A stretch of 46,073 nt of DNA from Lentisphaeria bacterium. GTDB taxonomy: Bacteria; Verrucomicrobiota; Lentisphaeria; JABSQK01; JAWLHB01. Under the pieces are notes generated by a model. That model ran no database searches. It was not told the origin of the DNA and worked only from the letters and a program-made list of their open reading frames with translations. Shown in pieces: positions 8,738 through 17,759 of this stretch. The number at the start of each line of letters is the position of its first letter. The stretch's first letter is position 1. Both the position numbers and the translations under genes were made by a program. The stretch is from positions 1 through 46,073 of the forward strand of contig JAWLHB010000056.1 of the NCBI GenBank assembly GCA_041690595.1, written 5' to 3'.

Positions 8738-10258
8738 TCAGTCGCGGGGAATGCCCAGCGTGTCGAAGTGACGGCGGAAGTGCTTCTCGAGGAAGGCGTA
8801 ATAGGTTTCTTCGTGCAGGTGCATCGCGGCGAAGAAGCGCGGGCGGATATCCTGGTGATTGAGGAGGTAACCGTAGGTGATGTGGATCAACTGACGGGCC
8901 TCGATCATCTCCATCAGATCCGGCAACTGGGCATCGCTCAGGGAGTCGACGTCGGGGATCTTGCTGAAGTCGGCGGTGATGTGATACAGCTTGAGCGCCT
9001 GCGGCAGCCCCTCGAAGGCCGCCTTATGAAGATCGCGGTAGAGCTTCGGCTCCTTGACCGTCAGGACCCGCACCGCCTCCAGCCAGCTCGTGCCGGCTGT
9101 CTTCAGGTGAAGCCGCTGCTCCGTATGCCGCCCCACGATCGGGAAAGCCGAGAATTTGTCACTGCCCGAATGTACCGAGATCTTGTAGTTCCCGTACGCC
9201 TGCGAGATTTTGCAGTGAATGGCGAACTGCTTCTCGAAGACCCCCAGATCGCCGATGTAGTCGATACCTTTCTGGAACTCGCCGATGAAGCGGGGAGCCA
9301 GCGAGTTGAGCACCACCCCGCGATCCACCAGCTCCGAGATGATGAAGAGGTGGTGAGCAGGCAGCGTCGGCGCGCTGGTCTCGTCGATCGACAGCTCCAG
9401 ATCGAAGGCATCGCCGCGGCGGCGCTTCAGGTGCTGGTAGACTTCCGGTGTGAAGGCCAGCGCGTCCACGTACATGACCGCGCAACGCTTCGCTTCCAGC
9501 TCGTCGAAGCTGATCGTCTCGTCCGCAAAGCTGAAGGACTTGCCGGCATAGGTGCTCAACACCCGCTGACGGAAGCCGCTGTCCAGCTTGCCGAAGGCTT
9601 CATCGATCTCGGCGGCAGTGAATTTCTCCGCCTCCGGATGCAGGACCTCCGTCAGATCCAGCGTGATCATCGGCATCCCGGCATCGAGCGCCACGTTGAT
9701 GTCCTTGATCGTCTTCAGATGGTCCCCGTCCGCGCCATAGCCATCGCGGTAGCCTTCCTGGAAGACCAGGAAGCTGGCGTCGTCGACGACGGTGGGATAA
9801 TCCCGGCCGGTAAGGGTCAGCTCCCGAATCGACTGCTGGGCGAGAACCGGAGCCAGTTGGTAGCCCTTGGCGGCGCGCAGGTGGCCGGCCGTAGCCAACC
9901 CGAGCCGGTCACCGAAGCCGATCGTGGTGCGCCGCTGGCGCAGGGAAACGGGGGCGGTCCAGCTCAATTCCTGGCGCAGGATCAGCGCGTTGTGATGGTT
10001 CAGCGCGATCTTCCTGGCGGCGAAGCCCTCGACCGGCAGCGGCTCGCCCTCGAAGTCAGCGGAGAACCGCGACTTGTCGCCGGCGATCTGCACCAGGAAC
10101 TTGGACGTATCATCCCGCGCCATGAGCAGCACGCTGCCGTTGTCCAGCTTGGCAACCGATTGGCGATAGACAGGCGTCTGGTCGGGGAGTTTGGCGGCGG
10201 CAGCAACGGCATCATCCGCGTTCGCGAGGGTGGCCAGGAGAGCAAGCAGGTCGTGCAT
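8738..10258 (-). CDS. uxaE: Tagaturonate/fructuronate epimerase UxaE
   Basis: GFGDRLGLAT.GH, AQQSIREL, GADGDHLK, ELSIDET, APRFIGEFQKGIDY, KISVHSGSDKFS, HLKTAGTSWLEA. Confidence 0.92.
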   Translation of the reverse strand: MHDLLALLATLANADDAVAAAAKLPDQTPVYRQSVAKLDNGSVLLMARDDTSKFLVQIAGDKSRFSADFEGEPLPVEGFAARKIALNHHNALILRQELSWTAPVSLRQRRTTIGFGDRLGLATAGHLRAAKGYQLAPVLAQQSIRELTLTGRDYPTVVDDASFLVFQEGYRDGYGADGDHLKTIKDINVALDAGMPMITLDLTEVLHPEAEKFTAAEIDEAFGKLDSGFRQRVLSTYAGKSFSFADETISFDELEAKRCAVMYVDALAFTPEVYQHLKRRRGDAFDLELSIDETSAPTLPAHHLFIISELVDRGVVLNSLAPRFIGEFQKGIDYIGDLGVFEKQFAIHCKISQAYGNYKISVHSGSDKFSAFPIVGRHTEQRLHLKTAGTSWLEAVRVLTVKEPKLYRDLHKAAFEGLPQALKLYHITADFSKIPDVDSLSDAQLPDLMEMIEARQLIHITYGYLLNHQDIRPRFFAAMHLHEETYYAFLEKHFRRHFDTLGIPRD

Positions 10259-10433
10259 GAAGGAAATCCTCTGAAGTCATGAAGGGTGTCAGGTAACGCG
10301 ATACGTGGTCCTGAGACTATAAACGCCACCGCCCCCGATGCCAATCAACCCGCCGCAAAACCTAACCGGTCCGTACTTGATCAGCTGGTCATCCGGCAGC
10401 ACACGGAACGGCAGTTCGATAGTCAGGCCGTGA

Positions 10434-11039
10434 TCATAACTTCTCTTCAAGAATACGCTCGCACCGTACGAAACTGGGCAAGTGCTCTCTCAATACGGCG
10501 GGATCGAGCTTTCCGAGAATCTCAAAAGAACCCTTCCCCTTCTCATACGAATTCCTGCAACTCCTTGTTGCATGAACAAGGGCATTCTGCACGGCGTCGC
10601 GAGTACGCGCTTCCATGTTCGTCAATGCTGGCAAGGCGGATACCTGCAGGCTGGCGCCGAAGTGGGATCGAAGCGTGGCACGGTCCGTTACGATCCACGT
10701 TTCCATACAGGTCACCATCAAGAGCACTTGCGCGTCCTCGCAGTCTGGAGGGGCATTCCAGCCGTCGCGGTCTCTGAGATGGTCCCACGCCCTCTCAATA
10801 TCGGCCATCGGCTCTTCGCTGTCGACCCAGAGTGCGATGAAGTCGCTGTCTCGGGCGCAGGCGTGTGCTGTCACGAAATCATCAAAGGCGGCTTCCCGCC
10901 CCCCGCAAGCCACGAGACGGGGCATTCTTTGACTATCCTGGAATCCGCGGCGTTCAAGCAAACGGCGGAACCCTTCGCGGCATCTTGTGCGAAGTTCCTT
11001 CGAGCCTCCGCCTCCTTCGATGTAGATGTAGGCGCTCAC
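10434..11039 (-). CDS. DUF4276-type TOPRIM-like protein, partner of the upstream ATPase
   Basis: The probable GTG start overlaps the ATPase stop (GTGA). Motifs YIYIEGGG, ACGGR, WVDSE, MVTCMETW and YEKG; the E-G plus D-x-E pattern is TOPRIM-like. Confidence 0.75.
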   Translation of the reverse strand: MSAYIYIEGGGGSKELRTRCREGFRRLLERRGFQDSQRMPRLVACGGREAAFDDFVTAHACARDSDFIALWVDSEEPMADIERAWDHLRDRDGWNAPPDCEDAQVLLMVTCMETWIVTDRATLRSHFGASLQVSALPALTNMEARTRDAVQNALVHATRSCRNSYEKGKGSFEILGKLDPAVLREHLPSFVRCERILEEKL

Positions 11040-12211
11040 CAGCGAGTACCCCCGATCTGGCCCCGTGTCCACAATTCACCAAGGCGGTACTTCTCGAGCC
11101 AGGATTTCAGATCGTCAGCCTTGAGCCGGTTCATGGTCGTCTTTCCGTCGTGCTTCTCCATGACCACGACGGCTTCCGGTTCGTCCGTCATGGCATCCAC
11201 GAGAATGTCCGAATGGGTGGTGACCACCAGTTGGGTCCGTTCCGATGCCGCATGCATCAGGTCCGCCAGCTTGGGAAGCATGTCGGGATGCAGACCAAGC
11301 TCGGGTTCCTCAATGCACACCAGCGGCGGCGGGCTTGGATCACACAGAATGGCCAGCAGGCAGAGATATCGCAGCGTCCCGTCCGACAGTCGACTGGCCG
11401 GAATGACGAAGTCGCCCTCAGTCAGAAAGACCTCGACGGTTCCACCCTTGATACGCACATCGAAGTCGTCCAACCCCTCATATAGATTCCGCAGGTACTC
11501 GATCATGCATTTCTTGGCGCCGGGCACACCGCGCAGGTGGTTCAGAAAAAGGCCGAGGTTGGAGAAATCCTCTTCCAGGCGATCTCCCGGCAGATCCGCA
11601 GCCTGCGGCGCACGGAAGACGGAATTTCGGCCGAACGTCCATTCACGATAGAGTCGGGTTTCCGCGTACATGGAGGCCAGGTAGGCAAGCTCGGGATACT
11701 GATCGGGGTCCTTTCTCTGGGAGAGGATCGACTCGTCAGGGGCCACGTCTTCACGTTGCAGTTGCCGGTGTCCACCATTCTGGACCGATAGTGCTGGACG
11801 CCCATTCTGAAAGCGATAGAAAAAGAATGGGCCATCGTCTTCTTTTCCAGGCTCGGCCTCTGCATTTTCAATGGCTTCGTCAACCAATTCAAAGCGTGAG
11901 GCCGTTTCCGTGAACTCGACTCTGTGTCGCAGGGACTGCGCCCCTTGTGGGTAACCGATGATAGCCTCGATGCTGGCGTGTCCGTTCCTGATTCCCTTCC
12001 AGATCCACTCACGAACCCCGCTGCCGCCCTGACCACGCATCGGCGAGGCAAGTTTGTTGGGAGACGAACGCAGAAGTCCCAACGCCTCCACAAGATTCGA
12101 CTTCCCTGACCCATTGGGTCCAATCAACACGTTGAGCGGCCGCATTTCCAGGGGCGGTGTATCCGGCCCGAAGGAAAGTATGCCTTTCAGCTTAAGCTCA
12201 TGGATCAACAC
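11036..12211 (-). CDS. ABC-type ATPase (AAA_21/AAA_15-like, non-transporter)
   Basis: Walker A GPNGSGKS, signature LSDGT, Walker B CIEEPE, H-loop TTHS; C-terminal LGELW..G.IGG..W; GTG start with AAGGGG RBS; no transmembrane partner. Confidence 0.88.
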   Translation of the reverse strand: MLIHELKLKGILSFGPDTPPLEMRPLNVLIGPNGSGKSNLVEALGLLRSSPNKLASPMRGQGGSGVREWIWKGIRNGHASIEAIIGYPQGAQSLRHRVEFTETASRFELVDEAIENAEAEPGKEDDGPFFFYRFQNGRPALSVQNGGHRQLQREDVAPDESILSQRKDPDQYPELAYLASMYAETRLYREWTFGRNSVFRAPQAADLPGDRLEEDFSNLGLFLNHLRGVPGAKKCMIEYLRNLYEGLDDFDVRIKGGTVEVFLTEGDFVIPASRLSDGTLRYLCLLAILCDPSPPPLVCIEEPELGLHPDMLPKLADLMHAASERTQLVVTTHSDILVDAMTDEPEAVVVMEKHDGKTTMNRLKADDLKSWLEKYRLGELWTRGQIGGTRW

Positions 12212-12340
12212 GGTATGAACCCCTTGATAGTTCCAAATCCTCAATCGCCAGCCTCGGCAACCCTTTTGGCGAGTTCATGCAGTCGGTCAGTAATGTGCTT
12301 CGTCAACAGTACCTCGTCAACAGTGGCAATCGCCGTCGCT

Positions 12341-13723
12341 TCAGCTTTTGGGGGGTGTGCGCCATCCGAGAGCGTTCAGGCTGGCGGGCTGCAGTAATGC
12401 ATCCAGTTCCTCCGGCGTCAGCATCTCGAGCACGGCATTGGCCTGACGCACGTCGAGCAGATGCTCGCTCATGTAGCGTGCCAGCTCGACCGCGCGTTCA
12501 TGACCGATGGTGGGAATGAGCGCCGTGACGATCTCACGCGAGCGCTCCATCAGGGCACGGCACCGCTCCGGACGCGCCACGATGCCCCGTACGCAACGAT
12601 CTGCAAAGAGTCTGTCACCCCGCTCCAGCAGTTCCAGCGCGCCGATGAGGGCATCGGCGATGAGGGGCAGGAAGGGGTTCAGCTCGAGTTCACCGGAGCT
12701 GGCAGCCTGGGTGATCTCGAGGTCGTGGGCCATGACGCGAAAGCCGATCTGCATCATCATCTCGGGCATCACCGGGTTGATCTTGCCGGGCATGATGCTG
12801 GAACCGGGCTGCAGCGCCGGCAACTCGATCTCGCCGAGGCCGCCTTCGGGGCCGCTGGAGAGCAGACGCAGATCCCGCGAGATCTTGATGAGGTTGGACG
12901 CATGGGCGCGGACGATACCCGAGACCTCGACAAAGGCATCGTTGTTCTGTGTCGCGTCGATCAGGTTTTCCGCCCTGGCCAGACCATAGCCAGTGACCTC
13001 GCGAAGCTTTTCGATGACACAGAAGATGTACCTGCGCGGCGCCGTGATCCCCGTGCCAATGGCAGTCCCACCAAGGTTCACTTCCCGCAGCCGCTCTTCA
13101 CACTTGAAGATTCGCCACCGGTCCCGCGCCAACGCCCCGGCATAGGCGCCGAATTCGCGGCCAAGCGTCATCGGCACGGCATCGCGCAATTGCGTACGCC
13201 CCAGCTTGGCGACATCGGCAAACTCCCGTTCCTTCTCCTGGAAGGCTTCCTGCAGCGCGACGATTGCCGGCTCCAGCTGCTTCAGGCAGGTAATCCCGGC
13301 CACCTTCACCGCCGTCGGAAAAACATCGTTGGTGGACTGGTGCAGATTGACATGCTCGTGAGGGAGAACCTCGATCCCCCCCAACTGGCTCGCCCGCCTC
13401 GCCAACACCTCGTTGACGTTCATGTTCGTGGAGGTCCCAGCGCCTCCCTGCAACGCATCGACGACGAAATGGTCCAGGTGTCCGCCCGCGATCACTTCTT
13501 CTGCCGCTTGGGCAATGGCGCTCATCCGCGCCGTATCCAGAAAGCCGCACTCGCGGTTGGCCAGCGCGCAACTGAGCTTGACCTGCGCCATCGCCCGGAT
13601 CAGCGCCGCCCGCACCGGTCGGCCACTCACCGGAAAATTGCGGCGGGCACGCTCTGTCTGAATGCCGTAGAGGACCTCCTCGGGAAGCTCCAGATCGCCC
13701 AGCAGATCGTGCTCGTGGCGCAT
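12341..13723 (-). CDS. aspA: Aspartate ammonia-lyase (fumarase/aspartase superfamily)
   Basis: E.DLLG, YGIQT.RA..NF, QGGAGTS.NMN.NE, STND.FPT, GRT and the signature GSSIMPGKINP. Confidence 0.8.
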   Translation of the reverse strand: MRHEHDLLGDLELPEEVLYGIQTERARRNFPVSGRPVRAALIRAMAQVKLSCALANRECGFLDTARMSAIAQAAEEVIAGGHLDHFVVDALQGGAGTSTNMNVNEVLARRASQLGGIEVLPHEHVNLHQSTNDVFPTAVKVAGITCLKQLEPAIVALQEAFQEKEREFADVAKLGRTQLRDAVPMTLGREFGAYAGALARDRWRIFKCEERLREVNLGGTAIGTGITAPRRYIFCVIEKLREVTGYGLARAENLIDATQNNDAFVEVSGIVRAHASNLIKISRDLRLLSSGPEGGLGEIELPALQPGSSIMPGKINPVMPEMMMQIGFRVMAHDLEITQAASSGELELNPFLPLIADALIGALELLERGDRLFADRCVRGIVARPERCRALMERSREIVTALIPTIGHERAVELARYMSEHLLDVRQANAVLEMLTPEELDALLQPASLNALGWRTPPKS

Positions 13724-13726
13724 TCG

Positions 13727-14725
13727 CTATTCCTGGTCGGCGAGGATGCGGTCGATGACGTGCAGTTCGTCGGCGCTCAGTTCGGGGGCGCGCACGGCGG
13801 CCAGATTCTCATCGAGCTGCTCCTTGCTGGAGACACCGATGAGGGCACTGGTGACGCGAGGATCCCGCACCACCCATTGCAGCGCCAACTGGGCCAGTGT
13901 CTGGCCGCGGGTTTGGGCCACCTCGCGCAGTTGGCGCATCTTTGACCAGGTGCCGTCCGCTTCACGATCGGCGTGCCACTTCCTGCCGTCTTCGCCCCTT
14001 CTCCCCCAGCGGGAACCCTCCGGAAGGCCATCCAGGTAACGATCGGTGACCACTCCCCCGGAAAGCGGACAGAAGGCCATGATGCCGACTCCCGCCAGGG
14101 ATGCCGGCGCCAGCAACTCGCCCTCGATCCAGCGGTTGATCATGCTGTACGACGGCTGATGAATGGTGATCGGCGCAAACTGCTTGCGTTGCACGGTGGT
14201 GAGCGCCGCGGCAAACTGCTCGCCGCGATAATTGCTGACCCCCGCGTACAACGCCTTCCCCTGCCGCACGATATGATCCAGCGCCCCCATGGTCTCTTCC
14301 AGCGGCGTATCGGGATCCGGGCGGTGATGATAGAAGATATCGACGTAATCGAGCCCGAGCCGCTTCAGGGACTGATCCAGGCTGGCGATCAGGTTCTTCC
14401 GGCTTCCCCATTCGCCGTAGGGGCCCGGCCACATGTAGAAGCCTGCCTTCGTCGAGACGATCAGCTCTTCGCGCGGCATGTCGACCAGAATCTTGCCCAC
14501 GACCTTCTCACTGTTTCCGGCCGGCGGTCCATAGTTGTTCGCCAGGTCGAAGTGCGTGATGCCGTTGTCGAATGCGTGGTACATGACCGACCGGCAAGTC
14601 TCTTCATGGCCCGGTTCGCCAAGAGACTGCCAGAAGCCGAGTGACAGAAGGGGTAGTTTCAGCCCACTGCGCCCGCAGCGGCGATAGGTCATGCGATCGT
14701 AGCGGTCATCTTCAAACTTGGTCAT
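13727..14725 (-). CDS. Aldo/keto reductase (L-glyceraldehyde-3-phosphate reductase YghZ/Gpr-like)
   Basis: YRRCGRSGLKLP.LSLG.W, GITHFDLANNYGPP.G, STKAG..MWPGPYG.WGSRK, DYVDIFYHHR. Confidence 0.88.
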   Translation of the reverse strand: MTKFEDDRYDRMTYRRCGRSGLKLPLLSLGFWQSLGEPGHEETCRSVMYHAFDNGITHFDLANNYGPPAGNSEKVVGKILVDMPREELIVSTKAGFYMWPGPYGEWGSRKNLIASLDQSLKRLGLDYVDIFYHHRPDPDTPLEETMGALDHIVRQGKALYAGVSNYRGEQFAAALTTVQRKQFAPITIHQPSYSMINRWIEGELLAPASLAGVGIMAFCPLSGGVVTDRYLDGLPEGSRWGRRGEDGRKWHADREADGTWSKMRQLREVAQTRGQTLAQLALQWVVRDPRVTSALIGVSSKEQLDENLAAVRAPELSADELHVIDRILADQE

Positions 14726-15028
14726 CAGGCGGTCCTGCTATTCGGGTTCTCCCTCGCGCGTCTCAGCCGATAAGACGCCGCACGTATGAATGTAGAAGCC
14801 AAAGCCTTCGCGGGCAAGCGCTTGCCTCAACTACAACCTCACTTCATCGTTACATACAAAGAATGTCGCGGCCCGTGCATCCAATGGACACCCACTCCGT
14901 CGGACAGGCTCCTGTCGTTGCACTAAGTGCCTGCAGGAGCAGCACTTAGGCGTGGGTATCCTGCTTCTGGCCCAATGGCTGCAATACGAGTATACCAACC
15001 TCAACCCTCAACGACAGGAGATACTCCC

Positions 15029-15436
15029 ATGCAGATCACCAAGCCATTCGCGGTTGCGCTCATCGTCGGTATCGTCACATGGACAGGCTGCGTCAGTCCA
15101 CGCGAAGCGGCAACACTCGGTGCCTTCCTCGGGCGACAAGTTGGAACGCCTCTCGGGGTGGCCGTCGTGACGGTCGAGGAGACCTTCAAGACAGCCGAGG
15201 ACGTCCACGATGCCAACCCCCGCGAGGAGGAGCGCAGAAAGGCGCGCGCGGCAGCACGACCGATCACCCCCGCCCCGGGCAAAGCATCACTAGCCCCCGC
15301 GCCTGCAGCAAGCACGGTCGGAGAGGAATACAGGTACTATCGGGCAGAGGTAATCGTGAAGACTCGAGGCGCTGCCGACATCCAGGAGCTGCAGTTGCAG
15401 GAGACACAGGATGTGACCGCGTTCTGGGGGCGCTGA
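15029..15436 (+). CDS. Hypothetical lipoprotein
   Basis: RBS ACAGGAG before ATG 15029; signal peptide ending in lipobox-like WTG-C. Confidence 0.65.
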   Translation: MQITKPFAVALIVGIVTWTGCVSPREAATLGAFLGRQVGTPLGVAVVTVEETFKTAEDVHDANPREEERRKARAAARPITPAPGKASLAPAPAASTVGEEYRYYRAEVIVKTRGAADIQELQLQETQDVTAFWGR

Positions 15437-15438
15437 TC

Positions 15439-16215
15439 TTACGCTTCGCTGATGTCCCGGCGCCGGTAATCGCGGTCAACCCCGACATTGCGGCGAGCGG
15501 TGGACCAGTTGCCGAAGAAGCGCACCGCACTCGCATGCACAGCCGGATAATGGCGCCGCATGTGAGTGTCCGAGAGATTCACGCCCTGCTCCTTGAGATC
15601 GCCAAGGATATTGATGACCTCTTCCCTGGTGCGCTGCACACGATAGGCGACATCCTCGTAGTCCAGGCCAATGCTCTCGATGGCTTCGCGCCAGGAGCCA
15701 AACTGGCGGCAGGCGGCATGATAGAGGCCGGGATAGTCCGCCTGCATGTGCTTCGCTGCCAGCGGCACACCCGTCTTCTCGAGATCTACGACTGCCTCCT
15801 GGATGCGGTCGGCATCCCAGCGGTTATAGCGGCGCACCTCGTCGACGGGAATACCCGCCGCTTCGAGCGCGGCGTCCCAGGAACCGAAGTAGCGCTTGCT
15901 GATCGCGGCATACGCCACCGCCGAATGCGGTCCCGCCGCGAACTGGCGCCAGCTCAGGTCGACGTCCTGTTTGTAGAGGTCACGAAGCTGCTTGACGATC
16001 CGTTTGCGGTTCCAGCGCCGGTAGCGGGAGATCTCGTCATAATCCAGGCCGGCCGCGGTGATCGCGGCCTCCCAGTTGCCGAAGTAGCGGAAGGCGGCGC
16101 GGTGCAGAGTGGAATAGTTCTTGTGCACGTACGAGGAATAGAGGGGTATTCCCTTGGCGTGCAGGTCGAGGATATAGTTGATGATCGTCTCGTGATCCCA
16201 ACATTTTATGAACAT
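15439..16215 (-). CDS. Protein of four tandem ~63-aa repeats resembling the 'homing endonuclease associated repeat' (FGxW..A..AAG), with no nuclease domain
   Basis: Repeat cores RYFGNWEAAITAAGL, RYFGSWDAALEAAGI, RQFGSWREAIESIGL and RFFGNWSTARRNVGV; RBS GGAG. Confidence 0.8.
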   Translation of the reverse strand: MFIKCWDHETIINYILDLHAKGIPLYSSYVHKNYSTLHRAAFRYFGNWEAAITAAGLDYDEISRYRRWNRKRIVKQLRDLYKQDVDLSWRQFAAGPHSAVAYAAISKRYFGSWDAALEAAGIPVDEVRRYNRWDADRIQEAVVDLEKTGVPLAAKHMQADYPGLYHAACRQFGSWREAIESIGLDYEDVAYRVQRTREEVINILGDLKEQGVNLSDTHMRRHYPAVHASAVRFFGNWSTARRNVGVDRDYRRRDISEA

Positions 16216-16248
16216 GGTTTGGTTCGCTCCAATTGCTGCTGAATCTAG

Positions 16249-16440
16249 TCAACCCACTGCGCGCGGCGGGGGTTCTGCTTGTGTTGCGGGAACAAGGGTG
16301 CCTTCGAGATTCTCATTATGCGGCACGACGAGCAAGTATCTCGCTGCCAGTGGAATCTCAATATAAACGGAGGAGCTGTCGACAGGCTTGCGGTCACTCG
16401 GTTCTGATTGTGGAACCTGCGCCGCCTCTTCTAACTGCAT
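16249..16440 (-). CDS. Small hypothetical protein (63 aa, MQLEEAAQ...PPPRAVG)
   Basis: Strong RBS GGGGAGG immediately before ATG 16440; stop 33 bp before the repeat-protein start. Confidence 0.45.
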   Translation of the reverse strand: MQLEEAAQVPQSEPSDRKPVDSSSVYIEIPLAARYLLVVPHNENLEGTLVPATQAEPPPRAVG

Positions 16441-16643
16441 GCCTCCCCGGCACACTCCATAAGAGATCACAACTCGGCCTGAAGTTCCATATCTGAACCT
16501 AAAAAAAGACTCAATATCCACTGAAAAAGCGCCGGACTGCTGCTTGTGTGGCGCCAATCCGTGGCGATTTGTTGAGGCGGGGCTGGAAATGGCTGCCGGA
16601 TCCGCTCTATTTCAGTGAGCGGGGCAGCCGCGAGCGAGGAGCC

Positions 16644-17759
16644 ATGGAGAGCCAGCACGTAGCAATAGCAGGAGCCGATGAGAGTGCCGTCGTCCAGTGG
16701 CGGCAACGCTTGACCCAGGCAGCGAGCAACGCCTGGAGCTTTGTTCCTGCCCGGATGCAGCAGCCCGAGCAGATGGGGGGGTGCGATGCCGTCATCCTGA
16801 TTCCCGGCGATCACGTCGACAGCTGCTCACGCATGCTCGGGGAGATTGCCGGCTACGCGACATCTATCGAGCGTGAAGCCCCACCGGTTCTCCTCCTCGT
16901 TTCCGCCGATCGGGAAGAGTCGATGCTGCAAATTGCCTGCGGTACACCGTGGGATTACCGTCTTCTGGAAACGGCCACCGCGGGCGGCATCCTACATGCC
17001 CTTCACCGGCTTGTTGCTCAGGCACACGAGCGTGAGCAGTGTGCCGTCAACCTGGCGCGGCTCGAGGCGCGAACCGCCGATATCGAGTACCTGGCTCATG
17101 CCGTCTCCCATGACATCAAGGCTCCCCTGCGAATCGCGGGGAAGTTCCTCGAGCTGCTCAAGCTGCGCTTCGACCAGAAGCTCGATGACACGGGCCGCGA
17201 GTATGTCCGCCTTGCCGTCAACAATGCAAGCAAGGCGCAGATGATGATCGATGACCTGCGCGCCTGGTCCCGGATCCGCTGGAATGACGACTCGCTCATC
17301 GAGGTCGATCTTGGAGAGCTTCTGCGGGAAGTGATCCGCGAACGTCAGTCGGATCTCGACCGTATCGGCGCAAGCGTCAGCATGGAAGCGCTTCCCGCCG
17401 TGACGTGCAACCAGGAACAGCTTCGCCGCCTCTTCCGTCAGGTCATCGACAATGCCCTGGTCTATCATCGGGAAGAGCCGTTGCGGATCAGCATTCGCGG
17501 TGATCGGGATGAACGCCGCTATATTATCACAGTTGAGGACAACGGTCTTGGCATCGAGCCGGAGATGTGCCGGTTCGCCTACGAGCTATTCCAACGTTTT
17601 CACGGTGAACTCGCACCCGGAAATGGCAGCGGGCTGGCGTACTGCAAGCGCATCGCCGAGATGCATGGCGGCCGCACCTGGCTCGATTCCACTCCGGGCA
17701 TTGGCACCACCTTCTACCTCGTCCTGCCGGTTCGACATCCGATCGGAGCAATCCCATGA
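16644..17759 (+). CDS. Cytoplasmic sensor histidine kinase with a degenerate receiver-like N-terminus
   Basis: H-box AVSHDIKAPL, N-box IDNAL, G1 DNGLGI, F-box LFQRFH, G2 GNGSGLA; RBS GAGGAG; no transmembrane helices. Confidence 0.88.
   Translation: MESQHVAIAGADESAVVQWRQRLTQAASNAWSFVPARMQQPEQMGGCDAVILIPGDHVDSCSRMLGEIAGYATSIEREAPPVLLLVSADREESMLQIACGTPWDYRLLETATAGGILHALHRLVAQAHEREQCAVNLARLEARTADIEYLAHAVSHDIKAPLRIAGKFLELLKLRFDQKLDDTGREYVRLAVNNASKAQMMIDDLRAWSRIRWNDDSLIEVDLGELLREVIRERQSDLDRIGASVSMEALPAVTCNQEQLRRLFRQVIDNALVYHREEPLRISIRGDRDERRYIITVEDNGLGIEPEMCRFAYELFQRFHGELAPGNGSGLAYCKRIAEMHGGRTWLDSTPGIGTTFYLVLPVRHPIGAIP

Noticed and set aside
6962..13945. Long antisense ORFs (e.g. 6962-8671, 8768-10282, 12461-13945; likewise 23827-25299, 33451-34806, 39428-40822)
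   Set aside because: These are shadow frames of real genes in high-GC DNA, with no recognisable motifs.
16540..16556. Sigma54 promoter on the minus strand (TGGCGC-N5-AAGC)
   Set aside because: The GG/GC spacing fits but the -12 element is poor, so it is too weak to call.
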